A stretch of DNA of 32,000 nt, from NCBI RefSeq assembly GCF_001457615.1, contig NZ_LN831024.1:1050001-1082000 (forward strand). The letters are read 5' to 3'. The notes under the pieces were generated by a model. That model was not told where the DNA came from. It saw only the letters and a list, made by a program, of their open reading frames with translations, and made no database searches. Shown here piece after piece: positions 27,748 through 32,000 of this stretch; position 1 is the stretch's first letter, and each line of letters starts with the position of its first letter. The position numbers and the translations under genes are program-made. The stretch is from Pseudomonas aeruginosa (GTDB lineage: Bacteria > Pseudomonadota > Gammaproteobacteria > Pseudomonadales > Pseudomonadaceae).

Positions 27748-29763
27748 TCAACGCACCAGGTGCAGGAACTGCAGGTGCCGCTCGTACTGGTCGAGCATGT
27801 CGTTGATGATCTGCTCCTTGGTGTAGCCCATCAGATCGTAGTCCTGGCTACCTTCGGCGAGATGCACCTCGGCACGGAAGTAGCGGCGATTCTTCAGGTG
27901 CAGGCCGCCCATGCCGGCACGCGCGAAGGACGGCGTGAAGTAGCCGCGCATCAGCACCTGGTAGAGGAACCGATGCTGCTCGCCATGACCGATCTCCAGG
28001 CTCAGCGAGGCGTTGCCCGGGTCGAGCTGGGCGTCCACCGCCAGGCCCTTCTCGCGGAACACCTCGGAAACCTCGCTGATCGCCGGGCGCACCACATCGT
28101 TCATGAAGCGGTACACCTCGTCCCGCGAGGGGAAGTGCACGGCCTGCGACAGGCGTCGCTTCCAGCCGCCGGAGCGCTTGCCGTTGCCGCTCATCAGCGG
28201 CGCCAGGGAGTGGCTCCGCGCCCGCTGGCGCTGCGACTCCATGTAGAAGGCCTTGTGCAGGCCCCACATCATCAATAGCAGGATCAGCGAGAAGGGCAGG
28301 GAGGTCAGCACCACCGCCGACTTCAGCGCGTCGATGCTGCCGGCGAACAGCAGCCCTCCGGTGACCAGCGCGGTGACCGAGCCCCAGAACACCCGCAGCC
28401 ACTTCGGTCCGTCGTCGTCGGCGCTGCCGCCGTGGGCGGAGAGGGTGGAGAGGACCACGGTGCCGGAGTCCGCCGAGGTGACGAAGAAGACGAAGCTGAC
28501 CAGCACAGTGACGGTGATCACCGCGCGGCTCCAGGGGTAGTTCTGGAGCATCTGGTAGAGGGCCATCGACGGCTGCTCGATGGCCACCCGGCCGAGTTCG
28601 CTGGCGCCGCCGAGGGCCTGCTCCAGGGCGCTGTTGCCGAAGATCGACATCCACGCCAGGGTGAAGCCGAGCGGGATGAACAGCACGCCGAAGACGAATT
28701 CGCGGATCGTCCGGCCGCGCGAGATGCGCGCGATGAACAGGCCGACGAAGGGCGCCCAGGCGATCCACCAGGCCCAGTAGAACACCGTCCACGAGCCCAG
28801 CCAGTCGCTGGGACCGCCGTAGGCGTAGAGGTCGAAGCTCTTGCCCGGCAGGTGGCCGAGGTAGTCGCCGACGTTCTGCACCAGGGTGTTGAGCAGGTGC
28901 TGGGTCGGACCGGCGAACAGCACGAACAGCAGCAGGCTGCAGGCCAGCAGCATGTTGATGTCGGAGAGGATGCGGATGCCCTTGTCGACGCCGGAGACCG
29001 CCACCGAGATCGCCGCGCCCATCATCAGCACGATGAGCGCCATCTGCACCGGGTGGGTATGCGGGATGGCGTACAGGTAGTCCAGCCCGGAGTTGAGCTG
29101 GAGCACGCCGAAGCCCATGTCGGCGCCGAGGCCGAACACCGTGGCGATGATGCCGAAGCAGTCCACCGTGTAGCCGATCGGCCCGTTGATGCGCTTGCCG
29201 ATCAACGGGTAGAGCGCCGAGCGCAGGGCCAGCGGCAGGTTGTGGCGGTAGGCGAAGTAGGCCAGGGCCATCGCCACCAGGGCGAACACGCCCCAGCCGT
29301 GCAGGCCCCAGTGCAGGAACAGCAGTTCCATGGCCTGCCGCGCGGCTTCCTGGGTACCGGCCTCGCCTTGCGGCGGCTGGAGGAAATGGGTCAGCGGCTC
29401 GGATACGCAGAAGAAGAACAGGGTGATGCTGATGCCGGCGGCGAACAGCATGCCGGCCCAGGACAGGTAGCTGAATTCCGGCTCGTCGTGGTCGGCACCG
29501 AGCTTGATCTTGCCGTAGCCGGAAAGCGCGGTGACCACCACGAAGATCAGGTACAGCGTCATCGCCAGCAGGTAGTACCAACCGACGGTCTGCGAGGCCC
29601 AGGTCTGTGCGGCCAGCAACCATTCGCCGGCGCGCTGGGGGAAGCCGATGACCACCGCGGCGAACAGCAGGATCAGGATCGCCGCACCGTAGAACACCGG
29701 GGGATTCATGCGGATGGGCGTGGGGGTGGAGGGGGTGGCGGAGGGCGATTGTGCGTCAGTCAA
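27748..29763 (-). CDS. betT: BCCT-family choline/glycine-betaine transporter (BetT-type)
   Basis: Track ORF 27748..29763(-). BCCT hallmarks: NPPVFYGAAILILLF at the N-terminus and the Trp-rich block WTVFYWAWWIAWAPFVGLFIARISRGRTIREF. The track start is TTG at 29763, with GAGGAG 11 nt upstream. The alternative ATG at 29709 (MNPPVFYG) would shorten the protein by 18 aa. Confidence 0.85.
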   Translation of the reverse strand: MTDAQSPSATPSTPTPIRMNPPVFYGAAILILLFAAVVIGFPQRAGEWLLAAQTWASQTVGWYYLLAMTLYLIFVVVTALSGYGKIKLGADHDEPEFSYLSWAGMLFAAGISITLFFFCVSEPLTHFLQPPQGEAGTQEAARQAMELLFLHWGLHGWGVFALVAMALAYFAYRHNLPLALRSALYPLIGKRINGPIGYTVDCFGIIATVFGLGADMGFGVLQLNSGLDYLYAIPHTHPVQMALIVLMMGAAISVAVSGVDKGIRILSDINMLLACSLLLFVLFAGPTQHLLNTLVQNVGDYLGHLPGKSFDLYAYGGPSDWLGSWTVFYWAWWIAWAPFVGLFIARISRGRTIREFVFGVLFIPLGFTLAWMSIFGNSALEQALGGASELGRVAIEQPSMALYQMLQNYPWSRAVITVTVLVSFVFFVTSADSGTVVLSTLSAHGGSADDDGPKWLRVFWGSVTALVTGGLLFAGSIDALKSAVVLTSLPFSLILLLMMWGLHKAFYMESQRQRARSHSLAPLMSGNGKRSGGWKRRLSQAVHFPSRDEVYRFMNDVVRPAISEVSEVFREKGLAVDAQLDPGNASLSLEIGHGEQHRFLYQVLMRGYFTPSFARAGMGGLHLKNRRYFRAEVHLAEGSQDYDLMGYTKEQIINDMLDQYERHLQFLHLVR

Positions 29764-29784
29764 AACAGGCTGGTCTCCTCGTCC

Positions 29785-29821
29785 TTAATTTGATCAAGCG
29801 TTCAATATAAACACGATCAAG
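29785..29821 (-). promoter_or_regulatory. AT-rich operator/promoter candidate upstream of betT
   Basis: The sequence reads TTAATTTGATCAAGCGTTCAATATAAACACGATCAAG. It contains the 8-bp palindrome TTGATCAA (29790-29797) and a repeated GATCAAG (29791-97 and 29815-21). This is the only AT-rich stretch between the regulator gene and betT. Confidence 0.35.
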
Positions 29822-29833
29822 GGCCCGGGAGCC

Positions 29834-29895
29834 AATCCTTCGGACGTATGGAAGCCTTCGGCGCCGCGCTTTTCCCGCACGTTCGCCGAAGGATT
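29834..29895. repeat. Perfect 10-bp inverted repeat AATCCTTCGG / CCGAAGGATT with a third internal CCTTCGG copy
   Basis: Arms at 29834-29843 and 29886-29895. An extra CCTTCGG lies at 29855-29861. The element sits immediately downstream of the stop at 29899-29901. Confidence 0.7.
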
Positions 29896-29898
29896 CCT

Positions 29899-30873
29899 TC
29901 AGTTCGCCGCCAGTCCCAGGCGCCGCCTTCCCACCTCCTCGTCGCCGCCTGCCTGCTCTGTGGCCAGTTGCAGGAGCAGGGCCTGTACCTGCTCCAGCGA
30001 CGGCGCTCCGGCTTGGCCGAGCAGGCGCCGCAGACCGGCCAGCGATGGGTCTGGCGTTGCCCCGCCAAAATTCAGATGCTGCGGCAGGATTTCTTCCTTG
30101 TCGCTGACCAGCAGGGCGAAGTGGACGACGTTTTCCAGCTCGCGGATGTTGCCTGGCCAGGGATAGCTCTCGAGGATCCGCTGGGTTTCCACGCCGATGG
30201 CCGGCACCGGCAGGTCCAGGCGCTGGGCATAGACGCCGACGAAGTATTCCGCCAGCGGCAGGATGTCTCCCGGACGTTCGCGCAATGGCGGCAGGCTCAG
30301 GCGGCCGTCGTGCAGGTATTGTTGCAGGCCGGCCAGGAACTTGCCGGCGCGCACCGCCTGGTCCAGGTCGACGCTGGTGGCGGTGACCAGGCGCACGTCA
30401 TGGGGAATCGGCTGCTGCGCGCCGACCCGCAGCACCTCGCGTTCCTCCAGCGTCTGTAGCAGCCTGGCCTGCAGCGTCAGCGGCAGGTCGGCGATCTCGT
30501 CCAGGTACAGGGTGCCGCCATTGGCCGAACCGAACCAGCCGGCGCGGCTGCCGACCGGGCCGTTATGGGCGCCGGGAGCGTAGCCGAACAGCTCGGCTTC
30601 GGCATGGTTGCGACTGAGGGCGCTGCAACTGACCGCAACGAACAGACCGGCGCGTTCGCTGTGGCGGTGGATCTGCCGGGCGAGCAGCTCCTTGCCGGTG
30701 CCGGTCTCGCCTTCGATCAGCACCGGCTGGCCCTGTGGCGCGAGGCGCTCGAGTTCTTCGCGGACCCGGTGCGAGCGTGGGTCGAAGAACACCAGGGCCT
30801 TGGCGCGGATGCTCAGCGGACTGCGGTCGGCGTCGGGGAAGGTCAGCGGCGCGGGGCGTGGTTTCTCGCTCAT
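29899..30873 (-). CDS. Sigma54-activator-family AAA+ protein, atypical (no sensory domain, degenerate GAFTGA and Arg fingers, truncated HTH)
   Basis: Track ORF 29899..30873(-), with AAGGAG upstream. Motifs present: Walker A GETGTGKE, Walker B GGTLYLDEI, PPLRER, WPGNIRELENV. The GAFTGA position reads GAHNGP (nt 30556-30573). FRxDLxxRL reads FLAGLQQYL. The protein ends ...GRRRLGLAAN. Confidence 0.75.
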   Translation of the reverse strand: MSEKPRPAPLTFPDADRSPLSIRAKALVFFDPRSHRVREELERLAPQGQPVLIEGETGTGKELLARQIHRHSERAGLFVAVSCSALSRNHAEAELFGYAPGAHNGPVGSRAGWFGSANGGTLYLDEIADLPLTLQARLLQTLEEREVLRVGAQQPIPHDVRLVTATSVDLDQAVRAGKFLAGLQQYLHDGRLSLPPLRERPGDILPLAEYFVGVYAQRLDLPVPAIGVETQRILESYPWPGNIRELENVVHFALLVSDKEEILPQHLNFGGATPDPSLAGLRRLLGQAGAPSLEQVQALLLQLATEQAGGDEEVGRRRLGLAAN

Positions 30874-30953
30874 GGGTAACTCCTTGGCGGCACGGGGCGC
30901 CTCCAGCGCCTGCGCCGCGACGACGGCCGGAACGGCTGCGGGCGGGGGCCGTT

Positions 30954-30995
30954 GCGGAAAAAGAAACGCCGGTGCAAGCCATGCGACACCGGCGT
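30954..30995 (-). terminator. Rho-independent terminator downstream of the MetQ-like gene
   Basis: On the minus strand, ACGCCGGTG (30974..30966) and CACCGGCGT (30995..30987) form a 9-bp stem with a 12-nt loop, followed by TTCTTTTTCC. Confidence 0.75.
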
Positions 30996-31047
30996 GAACA
31001 AGGGGCGCTGCAACGGCGCCCAGCGTGGGAGTCGGGACGGGCTGGGG

Positions 31048-31827
31048 TCAGAAGGCCGGGACCACCGCGCCGGCATATTTCTTCTCGATGAAGGCTTTCA
31101 CTTCCGGGCTGGTCAGCGCGGCGGAAAGCTTCTTCAGGGCGTCGCTATCCTTGTTGTCAGGACGCGCCACCAGGTAGTTCACATAGGGCGAATCGCGGTC
31201 TTCCAGGACCAGCGCGTCCTTGGCCGGGTTGAGCTTGGCCTCCAGCGCGTAGTTGGTGTTGATCAGGTCCAGGTCGACCTGGTCCAGCACGCGCGGCAAC
31301 AGGGCCGATTCGAGTTCCTTGAACTTCAGGTTCTTCGGGTTCTCGGCGATGTCCTTGGGCGTGGCCAGGGCGTTGTTCGGGTCCTTCAGCTTGAGCAGGC
31401 CGGCCTTCTGCAACAGCAGCAGGGCGCGCCCGCTGTTGCTGCCTTCGTTGGGGATGGCGACGGTGGCGCCGTCGGGCAGCTCGGCCAGCGACTTGTATTT
31501 CCTCGAATAGCCACCGAAGGGTTCGACGTGTACGCCGACCACGGTGACCAGGTTGGTGCCCTTGCCTTTGTTGAAGTTCTCCAGGTACGGCAGGGTCTGG
31601 AAGTAGTTGGCGTCCAGACGCTTCTCGGCGACCTGCACGTTGGGCTGCACGTAGTCGGTGAACACCTTGATCTGCAGGTCGACGCCTTCCTTCGCCAGGG
31701 TCGGCTTGATGAGTTCGAGGATTTCCGCGTGAGGGATCGGCGTGGCGGCGACGATGAGCTTTTCCGCGGCGCTGGCGGAAACGCTGATGACGGAGGCCAG
31801 GGCAGTCAGCAGGAGCAGTTTTTTCAT
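31048..31827 (-). CDS. MetQ/NlpA-family periplasmic substrate-binding protein (orphan within this window)
   Basis: Track ORF 31048..31827(-), with AAGGA upstream. Signal peptide: MKKLLLLTALASVISVSASA/AEK, with no lipobox Cys. MetQ-like blocks: DANYFQTLPYLENFNK, IAIPNEGSNSGRALLLL, DLDLINTNYA, PYVNYLVARPDN. The mature protein has no Cys and no Met. Confidence 0.85.
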   Translation of the reverse strand: MKKLLLLTALASVISVSASAAEKLIVAATPIPHAEILELIKPTLAKEGVDLQIKVFTDYVQPNVQVAEKRLDANYFQTLPYLENFNKGKGTNLVTVVGVHVEPFGGYSRKYKSLAELPDGATVAIPNEGSNSGRALLLLQKAGLLKLKDPNNALATPKDIAENPKNLKFKELESALLPRVLDQVDLDLINTNYALEAKLNPAKDALVLEDRDSPYVNYLVARPDNKDSDALKKLSAALTSPEVKAFIEKKYAGAVVPAF

Positions 31828-31870
31828 TCTTCGATCCTTGTAGGGCGATGTCCGCCGCTGCGCGCAGGGC

Positions 31871-31888
31871 GGTGAAGGAGGGGCGCCA
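31871..31888 (-). promoter_or_regulatory. Candidate sigma54-type (-24/-12) promoter for the MetQ-like gene
   Basis: The minus strand reads TGGCGC-CCCTC-CTTCA (plus-strand gcgcca 31882-31887, tgaag 31872-31876). Spacing and the unusual CTTCA -12 element are the same as upstream of sfnG. The element lies about 45-60 nt upstream of the ATG at 31827. Confidence 0.3.
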
Positions 31889-31930
31889 ACACGCGAGGGG
31901 CGGCTTGAAGGGGAGAGTAGCGACTCTTTT

Positions 31931-31965
31931 TATTCCATAAAAATATTATTTGTTTATTTTTATAT
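31931..31965. promoter_or_regulatory. AT-rich module matching the tauA upstream module
   Basis: ATTCCA (31931-36), AAAATATTATTT (31939-50), TTTTTATAT (31956-64). It lies about 105-140 nt upstream of the MetQ-like ATG. It may also serve a divergent gene beyond the window end. Confidence 0.4.
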
Positions 31966-32000
31966 TCCATGAATGAATATGCGAGGGCTGAGGCAATTTG

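Noticed and set aside
28432-29793. 453-aa ORF on the plus strand opposite betT (also 27848..29623 on the minus strand in another frame).
   Set aside because: It lies antisense or out of frame to the BCCT gene. Its composition is dominated by Arg, Gly, Asp, His and Glu repeats, there is no RBS or motif support, and it is a GC-frame artefact.
29790-29821. FNR/Anr box (TTGAT-N4-ATCAA) upstream of betT.
   Set aside because: The left half TTGAT is present, but the right half at the required spacing reads CGTTC. The downstream GATCAA is 20 nt away, so this is not an Anr-type site.
30874-30955. Possible sigma54 promoter (TGGAGGCGCCCCGTGC on the minus strand) for the atypical AAA+ regulator gene.
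   Set aside because: The GG-to-GC spacing is one nt too long, and the predicted start would fall within about 10 nt of the ATG, removing the AAGGAG ribosome-binding site.

Overview
This is a high-GC gammaproteobacterial chromosome segment. From memory (not searchable here), the gene content and order match the Pseudomonas aeruginosa core segment PA3958 down to PA3931 in PAO1 numbering, with the window in reverse orientation. I call 28 protein-coding genes. I found no rRNA or tRNA genes, no CRISPR array, no IS, integrase or phage genes, and no gene-scale compositional island. AT-rich DNA is confined to a few intergenic regions. Landmarks are the Roc/Sad signalling system (rocA1 divergent from rocR-rocS1), the DEAD-box helicase rhlE, tesB, an HU paralogue, tauABCD (taurine uptake and desulfonation), an OPT-family transporter and a BCCT choline/betaine transporter. 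Sulfur scavenging recurs across the window: an SfnG-type FMNH2 monooxygenase, tauABCD and a MetQ/NlpA-type binding protein. The mature forms of several of these proteins contain no or almost no Cys or Met. I did not find a defence or mobile system. There are three main second-look candidates. (1) A sigma54-activator-like AAA+ protein (29899..30873) lacks the GAFTGA loop, both arginine fingers, any sensory domain and apparently the HTH recognition helix. It sits next to an orphan sulfur-free binding-protein gene. (2) A tightly packed GNAT-GNAT-SagB-type dehydrogenase-TesB-HAD gene string (15635..19924) has no assigned pathway. (3) Two promoter features are shared between sulfur genes: an AT-rich module upstream of tauA and of the binding-protein gene, and a TGGC(A/G)C-N5-CTTCA element upstream of sfnG and the binding-protein gene. 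All functional readings are hypotheses drawn from sequence motifs and recalled family knowledge. Most long ORFs antisense to these genes in the track are GC-driven artefacts.
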